DNA of 60,096 bases from a virus (lineage: Duplodnaviria > Caudoviricetes): positions 1 through 60,096 of IMG/VR virus record IMGVR_UViG_3300020450_000024, one strand, 5' to 3'. Within the stretch, counting starts at the first letter, position 1. Each line of letters opens with the position of its first letter. The position numbers were made by a program, and so were the translations under genes. This document shows, one piece after another, positions 45,501 to 54,394 of the stretch. The notes under the pieces are model-generated. The model did no database searches. It had not been told where the DNA came from and worked only from the letters and a program-made list of their open reading frames with translations.

Positions 45501-47929
45501 ACATGGCAATCAGAGCAGGTAGACTTTATGCAAATAGTGTAAGTGGTTCTACACAAGAAAATATGTTCTTTGTAAGAAACGGTACAGGTATTAGAAACAT
45601 GACTGTAAGTGGATTAAATGGTACACTAGGAGTTGCAAACTCATTTGGTACAAAACGTCCAAGTGCAGGTGCTTATGTATCGTTGGATCCAGGTTGGGGA
45701 CCAGCACACGAAGATGTGTGGGTCAAAAACAAATCTTGTTATGTACAAAACGTAACAACATTTGGAACAGGATGTATTGGATTAAAAATTGACGGTGACT
45801 TACACGCAGGTGGTAACGATTCTATTGTTGCTAACGACTTTACACAGGTACTATCAGATGGTATTGGTGTATGGTGTACAAACTTAGGTAGAACAGAACT
45901 TGTTTCCGTGTTCTCATACTATGGACACATTGGATACCTAGCAGAAAACGGCGGTAAGATACGTGCTACAAACGGTAACTCATCATATGGTGACTTTGGT
46001 TGTGTTGCAGAAGGTGTAGACGCAACAGAAACTCCAATAACAGGATTTGTAGATAATAAAGCAGGCCAGGCATTAGTTGCTAACGTAACTACTGATGGTG
46101 AAAGAGTGTTAACATTAGAATACCTAAATGCTGGACGAGATTATGATCTTGGAGGTGGAACTGCAAACATAGCCATTACAGGTGAAGGGTATAACTTGGG
46201 AACAGTGACTCCTGTTTACAGAACAGGTGGTGTCATGGAAGTTAGAATGCTTGAAACAGCAACAGACCCAAGTAACTTAGGTGGTGCTGATTACAAATTT
46301 GTAAGTAACAACGCACAGATTGGTAACGCAACACAGATTACTATTTCAAACACAGATACTAACCCATCAGGTGCATTAGTAGGATTAGGAATCTTTATTA
46401 AAGCAGGACTTGGTGCAGGTCAGTATGCTTACATTGATACATACAACTCAGGTACAAAAGTTGCAACAGTAAGAAAATATTCAGATGGTACAGCAGGTTG
46501 GGATCACTTACTTGGTGAAAGTATTTTAAATTTACTTGATAGTACAACTGCATATGAAATTGAACCAAGAATTACTTTTGCGGCACCAGGTGGTGATGGA
46601 TCAAGTTCAAGCATTACTGCTTTAGGTAGAGCAACTGTTGTTGATGGTAAAATTTCACAGATTAGAATTTGGGAACCAGGACAAGGTTACACAACTGCTC
46701 CTGCAATTACAATTACTGATCCAAACAATACAGTAGACGCACCAACGCAAGTAAGAATAGGTGATGGTGTATTAGCACAGCCTACTTATGCAGGTGGTAC
46801 AAATAACGGTAGAGGACAAGCATTTGAAACTGCAAGTGCTAGTATTACTGCTACATTGACTGAAACAAATATTACAGGTATTGCTTTAAACAATCCAATT
46901 AGAGTTACAGCAAGTGGCGGACATACAGTTCAACAAGGTGCTAAAGTAAAAATTACAGAAGTTGTTGGAAGTATTCAACTTAACGACAACACATATTTTG
47001 CAAAAGTTATAGATGCAAACAACATAGATTTATTTAGAGATCCTGATTTAAATGATGGTATTGATGGTACATTAAGTGGTGCATACGGTACATATCTATC
47101 AGGAGGTAAAATAAAATACGGCGGTGGATTTAGAGATCAATTCCAATCAGGACAGTTTGTCACAGTTGTTGGAATGGCTAACAAACCAGTTGCAGGTTCA
47201 AACGTACAATTTAGTAACATAAGTGGTACAGTATTTAAAATGGTAAGTGTTACAAACTTACTAGGACAAGGACCTTACAGTGCAACTTTACAAGTTTCAC
47301 CAAACGTTGCGGTAAGTGATGCTCCGGCACACCACCAAGACACAACAATAAGAATTAGATACTCACAGGTAAGATTAACAGGACACGATTTCTTAGATAT
47401 TGGTACAGGTAACTTTGCTAATACTAACTATCCGAATATACCATTACAAAATCCTAATCCAGCAAATGAGACTAGGGAACGTGATGGAGGTAGAGTGTTC
47501 TTTACTTCAACTGACCAAGATGGTAACTTTAGAGTTGGCGGGTTATTTACAGTTGAACAAAGTACTGGGGTAGCGACCTTAAATGCAGATGCATTTAACA
47601 TTAGCGGTCTACAAGAATTATCACTAGGATCTGTAGCATTAGGTTCAACAGGTGCAACTATTAATGAGTTCAGCACTGACGGAGCGTTTGCGGCAAATAG
47701 TGATAGTATAGTGCCAACGCAAAAAGCAATTAAAACATATATCACATCACAAATAGGTGGTGGTGCTTCCACATTGAACGTTAACCAGATAACTGCTGGT
47801 TTAGTACAAATTTCCGGTCAGGAAATTACTACAACAACAGTTGTTCCGATCAATGTAAATGCAACTATGAACTTCAAGGGTGGAGTTGATGGTACGCCGG
47901 TTGCACTAAATATGTTTTTAATGGGATAA
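42506..47929 (+). CDS. Giant fibre protein (1807 aa), paralogue C2
   Basis: Same MAEFKLxRIRFxWKGAWS start, tandem CBM5/12-like repeats, same beta-helix and RLTGHDFL...STDQDGNFRVG end as 35830. Confidence 0.75.
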   Translation: MAEFKLGRIRFIWKGAWSTGTQYFKDDVIRYGGRTYICVVGHTASGTFETDQSTKWNNLADGQEWKSDWALSTIYKPNDIVKYGSLLYVCNTGHTSASTTSDGLELDQSKWDLWTEGFDWKGVWGVSTRYKVNDIVAYGGDLYLCTEKHTSAASTSDGLELDNAKWDTFARGLEWRGNWTATTRYRLNDVIKYGGQVYVCNNGHTAAATNALGLEANQSNWDSLHKGIDYKGNWATTTRYKVNDLVKYGGDIWICNTYHTSTGSLAADESNWAIFVPGLEFEDSWQNNVNYQPGDVVTYGGYSYISKTNNFAATPFNNTSNWDLFTTGFSLKGDYNNTTNYKVGDVVRVGGWTYLAIADGVGNRPPDNTKWDKLNQGFYWKNTWTDGAYYDKGDVVRGINNINSYVCVLEHTADQTTAQNRPDQDLSGTNWNLLSGGVESGNLTTRGDLVYYGGAGPTRLAIGSPGQVLKVNDAGTDPVWGYFGQIEAVYYVAPTGLDEDVPAYGVTLDKPFKTVQFGLQQIEKGARKPFATELLRRNKAFIVAETLAWVDRQISTNQSPFSAAFTYTASDWSRDLRHLLNGVEFDLSHGGNRRSRQVAFNFFRSNSFSYYVTNSSLTTEWAAMLAYMKTLIDDVLTQNTPSTNYQTLMSVSPATLQIKNAAITEEPGGQAVVNNLIDISRDAIVANSATSTTYNVTAATYDGATGDMDLTIGSHNLAVNTKIVLKSNSLTFTCDKDNNVSQKSYPRTTDPAYVTPIAITSTTGTTIRVNVGKNPDGNYAHTFVSATAGAVSLASGGGIPAEIVANDTLFVKTGTFPEVLPMVIPESCAVVGDELRSTKITPAGQLTSSDDTAFSLYGILHMKSIIDNIILNTSITKQTNNPLTQDTAHPAGDAAAVTKAEAVVDAIHDYINYNVISDSTAVNPTMSGQMSPNQELGVQNAVLRLEENKEFIAEDVTNYILNTFPGYTSFDATAQAACKRDVRRYVEAVQHDIVYDGTYMAIRAGRLYANSVSGSTQENMFFVRNGTGIRNMTVSGLNGTLGVANSFGTKRPSAGAYVSLDPGWGPAHEDVWVKNKSCYVQNVTTFGTGCIGLKIDGDLHAGGNDSIVANDFTQVLSDGIGVWCTNLGRTELVSVFSYYGHIGYLAENGGKIRATNGNSSYGDFGCVAEGVDATETPITGFVDNKAGQALVANVTTDGERVLTLEYLNAGRDYDLGGGTANIAITGEGYNLGTVTPVYRTGGVMEVRMLETATDPSNLGGADYKFVSNNAQIGNATQITISNTDTNPSGALVGLGIFIKAGLGAGQYAYIDTYNSGTKVATVRKYSDGTAGWDHLLGESILNLLDSTTAYEIEPRITFAAPGGDGSSSSITALGRATVVDGKISQIRIWEPGQGYTTAPAITITDPNNTVDAPTQVRIGDGVLAQPTYAGGTNNGRGQAFETASASITATLTETNITGIALNNPIRVTASGGHTVQQGAKVKITEVVGSIQLNDNTYFAKVIDANNIDLFRDPDLNDGIDGTLSGAYGTYLSGGKIKYGGGFRDQFQSGQFVTVVGMANKPVAGSNVQFSNISGTVFKMVSVTNLLGQGPYSATLQVSPNVAVSDAPAHHQDTTIRIRYSQVRLTGHDFLDIGTGNFANTNYPNIPLQNPNPANETRERDGGRVFFTSTDQDGNFRVGGLFTVEQSTGVATLNADAFNISGLQELSLGSVALGSTGATINEFSTDGAFAANSDSIVPTQKAIKTYITSQIGGGASTLNVNQITAGLVQISGQEITTTTVVPINVNATMNFKGGVDGTPVALNMFLMG

Positions 47930-47942
47930 AGGAGATAGAACT

Positions 47943-48260
47943 ATGGCAACAGGAAGACTAGGAGCCGCAGATTTGGGAGCAGGAACTAATACCACTGTTT
48001 ATACGGTACCCGCATCAACTTATGGGGTTGTGACGTGTTCAGTATGTAATAGAGGTAATAGTGCTATTTCAGTCAGAATGGCGGTTGCAAGTGCAGATAC
48101 ACCCACAAATGGCGAGTACATTGAGTACGATGTAGAAGTTTTAGCCAAGGGAGTACTAGAGCGAAGCGGTATCGTTATGGATGCTGGCAAGAAATTGGTA
48201 GTGTACTCATCTGCCGTAAACGTAAGTGCCGTTGTTTTCGGAATTGAAACAACAGCATAA
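47943..48260 (+). CDS. Small beta-sandwich fibre adaptor, paralogue 3
   Basis: TTVYTVPAS...SVCNR...VLERSGIVM...VVFGIE. Confidence 0.6.
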   Translation: MATGRLGAADLGAGTNTTVYTVPASTYGVVTCSVCNRGNSAISVRMAVASADTPTNGEYIEYDVEVLAKGVLERSGIVMDAGKKLVVYSSAVNVSAVVFGIETTA

Positions 48261-48262
48261 TG

Positions 48263-48270
48263 TATAAATA
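48263..48270 (+). promoter_or_regulatory. Perfect T4 late promoter TATAAATA
   Basis: TATAAATA upstream of 48294. Confidence 0.75.
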
Positions 48271-48293
48271 CTAATAAGGATAAGGATAAAACA

Positions 48294-48620
48294 ATGGGAA
48301 GATATATAACAACCACAGGAACAGCAGGTACAGTTGTTAAAGAAGTCAACTCTACGTATCAATCAGTAGTTAATGACAGAATTCTTTGTACAACTGGCGG
48401 GTTCACTATTACACTTCCTCTTTCTACGTCATTGTTAGTTAACGACACCGTTCAGATCATTGATGTAACTGGTGTTGCTAACTCACAGAACATTACGATA
48501 GCGAGAAACGGTGCAAAAATACAGAACCTTGCAGAAAATTTAGTACTTGACGTCAACAACGTTGCAATTACACTGATTTACACAGGTGCAACTTACGGTT
48601 GGGTCATTAGTGGAACGTAA
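48294..48620 (+). CDS. Stand-alone gp9/gp34-type fibre-junction domain protein
   Basis: FTITLP...DTVQIID...NITIARNGAKI...LIYTGATYGW pattern of T4-like proximal fibre domains. Confidence 0.6.
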   Translation: MGRYITTTGTAGTVVKEVNSTYQSVVNDRILCTTGGFTITLPLSTSLLVNDTVQIIDVTGVANSQNITIARNGAKIQNLAENLVLDVNNVAITLIYTGATYGWVISGT

Positions 48621-48641
48621 GAATTAGGAGAAGGAAGTACG

Positions 48642-49373
48642 ATGTCATCATTAAGAGCATTTTTAAATGACGTAGCGCCTATCAAGGGTGGGGTTACCAA
48701 CCAAGTATGGATCTACAGAAAAGATGATAACATAGGTAACGGCGGTAGATGTTGCTTATGGACCGTACCTACCGGAAAAGTAAACGTCACATTTGAACTA
48801 TGGGGCGGCGGCGGAGGCGGCGGTGGCGGATGCTGTTGTCAGTTTCCAAATAGACCAGCCTCTGGTGGAGCATACGCGATAAGAACAGTCCAAACAACAG
48901 CAGGAAATCAATATACGGTTTGTGCTGGTGGTTCTACTCCTTGTTGTTGTCACGGATGTTTAGGTGGTGACGGTTATCCAAGTTTTGTTACAGGCTCAAG
49001 TATTCCAACAACGTGTGCACCGGGTGGTTGCGGTGGCAAACAATGTTGCTTTACTGATGCTTACACTTGTCACCCAAGTTTCGTATATAGTTGCGGAACA
49101 GGTGATTGGGGACTTCCAAGAGTAACTGGAAGTGCAAAAAGATCTCAGTACTGTCACAATCAAATGTGGACATGGACTGGTGGTACACCAATATTTGGTG
49201 GACAAAGAAAAAGTAAAGACTGGTGTGCAGGTAACTTTACAAACACGGGATCGTGTTTTAGTTGTCTAGCAGAATTCCCAGGCGGTGGTGGAGGCTCAGG
49301 TGCGGCCTGTGGTAATCCATGCTGTTGGGGAGGCTGGGGACAAGCCGGCGCAGTCAAAATATCGTATAGTTAG
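48642..49373 (+). CDS. Cys/Gly-rich (polyglycine-domain) fibre-tip protein 1
   Basis: CCLWTVP...FELWGGGGGGGGGCCC...PGGGG...AGAVKISY; 23 Cys by hand count. Confidence 0.7.
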   Translation: MSSLRAFLNDVAPIKGGVTNQVWIYRKDDNIGNGGRCCLWTVPTGKVNVTFELWGGGGGGGGGCCCQFPNRPASGGAYAIRTVQTTAGNQYTVCAGGSTPCCCHGCLGGDGYPSFVTGSSIPTTCAPGGCGGKQCCFTDAYTCHPSFVYSCGTGDWGLPRVTGSAKRSQYCHNQMWTWTGGTPIFGGQRKSKDWCAGNFTNTGSCFSCLAEFPGGGGGSGAACGNPCCWGGWGQAGAVKISYS

Positions 49374-49397
49374 GAAGGGAAATAGGAGACTTAAATT

Positions 49398-50090
49398 ATG
49401 CCAAATACTATAATTGAAAAAGACTTTACCTATAATATCCCTGATGATTATCTGGCGCAGACTAACAACGACAGTAAAACTGCTGAGGCGACTTTTAAAG
49501 GCCCGGATAAGATTTGGATATTTGTAGATAAAGATACAGGCAAATCTACTAGAAGTAGACTATTGCTTACAGAAGAGGAGAACGGAGCAGACTTTCCAAC
49601 TCCTGAAGATCAGTTTAAAATCGAAGTTGATTGTGCAACTGATCCTACAATATGTTCTTTATGGGATACAACTGAATGGGAAACTGTTAAAAATCAAACT
49701 CAACTAGTAGTGGATTTGCCAGATGGAACTACTTATGAGAGACCAGAACCAACAGATGTTGATCATACATATGAATTAGATGATTGTGTTTATAACATGG
49801 ACGGAACATTGTCAGCAGATGGTACAACTTACACAGGTGGTACTTGGACAATGGCTTGGAAACAACCTTGGAGTTCATGGGATGAATTAATCTTAGTAAG
49901 AAACAATTTGCTTACTGGATCTGATGCCAAAATTGCAGAAGATATGCCAGAAGCAACAAAAACAGTATGGAAAGAATACAGACAAAAGTTGAGAGACTTA
50001 CCTGCTACTTTTAAAAGAGGTACAGCAGAAGAGTTTCCAGCACACATGGTAAACTTTCCAGTAGAACCAGGCGCGGATTTAGGAGAATAA
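49398..50090 (+). CDS. Tail fibre assembly chaperone (Tfa-like C-terminal domain)
   Basis: WDELILVRNNLLTGSD....DMP.....WKEYRQKLRDLP. Confidence 0.75.
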   Translation: MPNTIIEKDFTYNIPDDYLAQTNNDSKTAEATFKGPDKIWIFVDKDTGKSTRSRLLLTEEENGADFPTPEDQFKIEVDCATDPTICSLWDTTEWETVKNQTQLVVDLPDGTTYERPEPTDVDHTYELDDCVYNMDGTLSADGTTYTGGTWTMAWKQPWSSWDELILVRNNLLTGSDAKIAEDMPEATKTVWKEYRQKLRDLPATFKRGTAEEFPAHMVNFPVEPGADLGE

Positions 50091-50091
50091 G

Positions 50092-50832
50092 ATGGCCTCA
50101 TTAAGGACATTATTACAGTACGGTACTAGTTCAGCAGGGTCTGATCCATTAAGAAGTTTGCGAGTTTATAATACAAGTATTACATCCGCAAACAATGGAG
50201 GACAATGTTGTCAGTGGACTGCACCTACAGGAGTTACTTGGGTCGCTTTCGAAATTTGGGGAGGCGGTGGACCAGGTGCTGGTGTATGTTGTTGCCAACA
50301 AGGTTGGGCCGGTGGTAGTGGTTCTTATGCAAGACGTATTATTACAGCGTCAGCAGGTGATCAATTTACTTTATGTGCGGCAGGTACTACTTGCTGTCAC
50401 TCAAGATGTTATCCATGCAGAGGATTTCCTAGTTACGTATGTGGACCAGGCGGATTCTGTATGTGTGTATCCGGTGGAGCGGAAACGGCTTCTAAATGTT
50501 TTTGGAGTCAAGGATGTTCTTACTCAGGATGTCAACAATTTAACTGTGGTTGTGTAAACGGTGGTACATTATCATTCTGTGGTACAACAGGTGGCGGACA
50601 TGGTTCTTCACACTGTGCCTCTGATATGCACCAGTTTATACCAAGTGCACCTTTAACAGCACCAACTAGAATGTCTAGAAACGGTTGCTACAAAACACAC
50701 GGACAAGATCATGGAGATCACGGTGTGTTCCCAGGAGGTGGTGGTGCATCAGGTGTAACACACAACGAAACTTGTTATTGCGGAGCGAAAGGAATGGGCG
50801 GTTTAGTAACACTTTACTTTGCACACCCATAA
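50092..50832 (+). CDS. Cys/Gly-rich fibre-tip protein 2
   Basis: NNGGQCCQWTAP...FEIWGGGG...CCC; 23 Cys by hand count. Confidence 0.7.
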   Translation: MASLRTLLQYGTSSAGSDPLRSLRVYNTSITSANNGGQCCQWTAPTGVTWVAFEIWGGGGPGAGVCCCQQGWAGGSGSYARRIITASAGDQFTLCAAGTTCCHSRCYPCRGFPSYVCGPGGFCMCVSGGAETASKCFWSQGCSYSGCQQFNCGCVNGGTLSFCGTTGGGHGSSHCASDMHQFIPSAPLTAPTRMSRNGCYKTHGQDHGDHGVFPGGGGASGVTHNETCYCGAKGMGGLVTLYFAHP

Positions 50833-50841
50833 GGAGAAGTT

Positions 50842-51564
50842 ATGAGTAGTTTAAGACAATTTTTATTTGGATATGCAGAAGAAAAATCTGTTCCTCAAGA
50901 ACTTGCAGTATATAACACTTCTACAACTTCTGTAAACAACGGAGGTAGATGTTGTCTATGGACTGTGCCTGCAGGAACAAGTTACGCAATATTTGAATTA
51001 TGGGGCGGTGGTGCTTCAGGAGATGGTGCTTGTTGTTGTCAAATGGGATATCCATCAACTTCAGGATCATACGGACAAAAAGCATTATCAGTAGAGGCTG
51101 GTCAACAAGTTACAATTTGTGCGGCTGGAACTACTTGTTGTAGACAAAAAGGAAACTGTCAACAAGGTTATGACACTTATGTATGTAGATCAGGTAACTG
51201 GTGTGCAAGAGCCTGTGGCGGTAGAGTTATGCGTACAGAATGTTTCATGTATAGAACGTGTTATTCATGTTGTAGAATGGAATATTGTGTACACGGATAT
51301 TCAGGTATGGACTTTGGTTTAGGTGCAACACAGGCATCTTCACAGTTAAGTCAATACTGTCATGATAGAGGTAATATGTATGTAACACAAAACGTTGCAC
51401 AAGGATCACCAAGAAACGGACCTAACGGTTGTTGTGCTTGGGGTGGATCACAAGGGTTTGGACTATTTCCAGGTGGTGGCGGAATGTCAGCACAGGTATT
51501 TGGCGAGCCATGTTGTTGTGGATCACCAGGCGGTGGTGGACTAGTGTACGTGGTGTACTATTAA
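50842..51564 (+). CDS. Cys/Gly-rich fibre-tip protein 3
   Basis: NNGGRCCLWTVP...FELWGGG...CCC...PCCCGSPGGGGLV; 23 Cys by hand count. Confidence 0.7.
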   Translation: MSSLRQFLFGYAEEKSVPQELAVYNTSTTSVNNGGRCCLWTVPAGTSYAIFELWGGGASGDGACCCQMGYPSTSGSYGQKALSVEAGQQVTICAAGTTCCRQKGNCQQGYDTYVCRSGNWCARACGGRVMRTECFMYRTCYSCCRMEYCVHGYSGMDFGLGATQASSQLSQYCHDRGNMYVTQNVAQGSPRNGPNGCCAWGGSQGFGLFPGGGGMSAQVFGEPCCCGSPGGGGLVYVVYY

Positions 51565-51579
51565 GGATAGGTAAAAGAT

Positions 51580-52527
51580 ATGGCATTTAAACAAATTACA
51601 TTTAACTACCCTAAACCAGATGAGTATCTAGGTCAGTTTGATAACGAACAACTTCAAGGAACACATACTTATGATGGTCCAGAAGATATGTGGATTTTCA
51701 TTGACAAAGAAACTAAAAAATTGGCTCCAAGTGCTTATATGGAATATGAAGAAGGTATGGATTTTCAACCAGCACCACATTTAGAAAAAGTGTATGTTGA
51801 TTGTGATGAACATCCAATTATTTGTGCTTTACAAGAATGTGATTTTGAAGATGAACAATTAGAACAAATTACAGAAACATTACCAAATGGATCACAATAC
51901 TTAACTTACAAAGATCCACCACCAGAACACACTTACGAAAAGTTTGACATCGAATATGACTTTGATGCTAAAACATTTAAGAAAGTAGCAAGTTCTATAG
52001 AAGGTGGACGTGAACATTATCCTTGGAAACAACCTCATGTAAAATGGCCACACGTAAGAAAACATAGAAATTCATTACTAGCAGGTACTGATCACAAAGT
52101 TAAAAGTGATATGCCAAATGCTTTATCAACTGCATGGTCAACTTTTAGACAAGAATTAAGAGATCTTCCTGTAAAATATGGAGACAGTTTTGATGCTGAA
52201 ATTACAGCGGCTGGATCAGGTTATTCAGTAGATGACGAATTAAGTTTTGCAAAAGCAGATTTAGAAAACTTTATTACTGCTGATGCTATGAAAGTTACTG
52301 TTACAACTGTTGACGGTAGTGGTGCTATTACAGGCATTAAACTATCAAACAACCAAGCAATTAATGACGGTAACGATATTGTTATAGGTAGAGAAGCAAA
52401 AGAATATGCTGACGCTACATATACAACTTCAAGTGCAGGTACTGGTGCTAAATTTAAAATACATAAGTGCCAAAGATATGCGGCTTGGAAAGTCCTTTAT
52501 CCTAGTTCCCCTTGCGGAACAATTTAA
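51580..52527 (+). CDS. Tail fibre assembly chaperone paralogue with an inserted fibre-type module
   Basis: Paralogous to 49398 (PDEYLGQ, GPEDMWIFIDK, HTYE, WKQP, RNSLLAGTD...FRQELRDLP), plus ITAAGSGYSVDD...VDGSGAITGI insert. Confidence 0.7.
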   Translation: MAFKQITFNYPKPDEYLGQFDNEQLQGTHTYDGPEDMWIFIDKETKKLAPSAYMEYEEGMDFQPAPHLEKVYVDCDEHPIICALQECDFEDEQLEQITETLPNGSQYLTYKDPPPEHTYEKFDIEYDFDAKTFKKVASSIEGGREHYPWKQPHVKWPHVRKHRNSLLAGTDHKVKSDMPNALSTAWSTFRQELRDLPVKYGDSFDAEITAAGSGYSVDDELSFAKADLENFITADAMKVTVTTVDGSGAITGIKLSNNQAINDGNDIVIGREAKEYADATYTTSSAGTGAKFKIHKCQRYAAWKVLYPSSPCGTI

Positions 52528-52545
52528 TAGTAAAACATTAGATTC

Positions 52546-52569
52546 AAAAGGCGCTACGGCGCCTTTTTT
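52546..52569 (+). terminator. Rho-independent terminator with a cUACGg loop
   Basis: AAAAGGCGC-TACG-GCGCCTTTTTT. Confidence 0.85.
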
Positions 52570-52586
52570 ATTCTGTAAATATCTGT

Positions 52587-53396
52587 ATGCAAACAGAAAG
52601 ACCACCAGTACGATTCGCAGGCTTACAAATGCCTGTAACACAAGAGTTGAATAAAAATAAACAAGCAATACTTGATTGTTTAGACTGGTGTAAAGATAAC
52701 AAAGTAAATTGGTTAATTACTCCTGAAGGATCACTAACAGGATATTTTCCCAATTTTGATTTAGTTGCAGAAGGTGGAGTAACAGGAATACAATCTGCGG
52801 CAACAGAACTTGTTGCAAAAGCACAAAATTTAGGAATAGGTTTAGCATTAGGCACACTTTGGGTAGACGTTGAACATAGAGGCGCAATAAGAAAAAATCA
52901 AATAAGATATTATGATCCAGAAGGATTATTTTTAGGTGCAACAAACAAACAATACATCGTAGGTGGAATGGATAGTCCAAGTAGTAGTTGGGATCAAGTA
53001 TTAGCAGATCCTCCAGGAACAACTAAAACGCATTATTGTAATGGTATTAGAACAACCGGAATGATATGTAATGATTTTTGGGGTAATGGATTTAGATTTA
53101 ATGCTCCATCTTTACCTATGTTAGCAAGTATGAATAGTGTTGAACTAATTTTACATAGTACAAACGGTGATAGAGGTAATGATCAAGATGAGATTTGGAT
53201 GGAATGGCATGACATACATCTAAGAATGATGAGTTTACAATACGGCATACCTATTATTACAGTAGATAGTTGTTGCGACAAGTACGGTAATAGACATGAT
53301 TTACCTACAAGTAGTCCAAGCGGAGTAGTTATTAACGGCAAATGGGAAGTGCAAATGCCAAGAACCGGAACTCAGATGTTCTACTGGGATTTCTAA
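52587..53396 (+). CDS. Carbon-nitrogen hydrolase (nitrilase/amidase superfamily)
   Basis: Catalytic triad contexts TPEGSLTGY (Glu), TNKQY (Lys) and MICND (Cys); leaderless (TAAATA 52576-52581, N5, ATG). Confidence 0.85.
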   Translation: MQTERPPVRFAGLQMPVTQELNKNKQAILDCLDWCKDNKVNWLITPEGSLTGYFPNFDLVAEGGVTGIQSAATELVAKAQNLGIGLALGTLWVDVEHRGAIRKNQIRYYDPEGLFLGATNKQYIVGGMDSPSSSWDQVLADPPGTTKTHYCNGIRTTGMICNDFWGNGFRFNAPSLPMLASMNSVELILHSTNGDRGNDQDEIWMEWHDIHLRMMSLQYGIPIITVDSCCDKYGNRHDLPTSSPSGVVINGKWEVQMPRTGTQMFYWDF

Positions 53397-53428
53397 ATAA
53401 GTATCTATATCAAAGGAAATATTAACAA

Positions 53429-54394
53429 ATGACAGATAAAAGAAGTACAGCAATTTTTATTAATGGTGGAGCAGGTAGAACTATTTCAAGTATTCCAGCA
53501 TTAGAAAAATTTAAAGAAGAAAATCCAGACGACGACTTTGTAATTGTTTGCGAAGGAGGAACAGATTTTTATAAAGGACATCCTGATCTTTTCAATAGGA
53601 CATATGATGTTTGGCACAAAAATTTATTCCAAGATAAATTAAAAGAAAGAAATTTATTAACACCTGAGCCTTATAGAGTTTTCGAATATTATAATCAAAA
53701 ATGTAATTTACATGAAGCATATGATATCGCTATTAATAATAAAGGTGTTAGAGAACTTCCTAAACCTACAATTAAATTATCTATGCAAGAAAAAATGACA
53801 GGCAAAAAACTTGTCGATGAAGTAAAACAAAAAACCGGAAAAGATAAAATTATTGTATTTCAATCCTTTGGTAGAGGTACTATAAATGACAATGGCATCA
53901 TCGGAGATCCATCAGGTAGAAGTTTTGAAGCAGAGAATACTGTCAATCTCGTAAACAAACTTTCTAAACACTTTGGTGTAATCTTCATGAGTGAAATCGC
54001 TATTGAATTTCAAAAGCACGGAGTAAAAGAACCTATTGCAATACCGCAGAATGTAGAATTAAGATTCTGGTTAGGTATTATAAATGAAGCAGATTATTTC
54101 TTAGGATGTGATAGTGTAGGTCAACATATGGCGTATGCTTTAGACAAACCTGCAACAGTTGTTGTTGGAAGCACATTTAAAGAAAATATTTCTTATCCTA
54201 ATGCTAAAGGTTTTGACGTATTAGATATGGGTGAAGGTGCTAGAGTCTACAGTCCAATTAGAATAACAATGGACGAATTATCAGACAGAACTAATGAAGG
54301 TATTATGTGGATGAATGATAAGATAGAAGAAGTAATTGTTGAAAGTTGCTTGAAAGGTGCTGGACTCAAGAAGGATGACAAAAAGAAAAAGTAG
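53429..54394 (+). CDS. Putative GT-B glycosyltransferase (GT9/heptosyltransferase-like)
   Basis: INGGAGRTISSIPAL N-terminus and IINEADYFLGCDSVGQHMAYALDKPATVVVGST C-terminal GT9-like motif. Confidence 0.65.
   Translation: MTDKRSTAIFINGGAGRTISSIPALEKFKEENPDDDFVIVCEGGTDFYKGHPDLFNRTYDVWHKNLFQDKLKERNLLTPEPYRVFEYYNQKCNLHEAYDIAINNKGVRELPKPTIKLSMQEKMTGKKLVDEVKQKTGKDKIIVFQSFGRGTINDNGIIGDPSGRSFEAENTVNLVNKLSKHFGVIFMSEIAIEFQKHGVKEPIAIPQNVELRFWLGIINEADYFLGCDSVGQHMAYALDKPATVVVGSTFKENISYPNAKGFDVLDMGEGARVYSPIRITMDELSDRTNEGIMWMNDKIEEVIVESCLKGAGLKKDDKKKK

Noticed and set aside
48802-48830. Poly-Gly tract as a phase-variable repeat
   Set aside because: Encoded by mixed GGC/GGA/GGT codons, so selection is on the protein rather than a slippage tract.
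50195-50557. Overlapping alternate-frame 120-aa ORF (and 51119-51322) within the Cys-rich genes
   Set aside because: Val-rich by-product of repeated TGT/GGT codons; no RBS.
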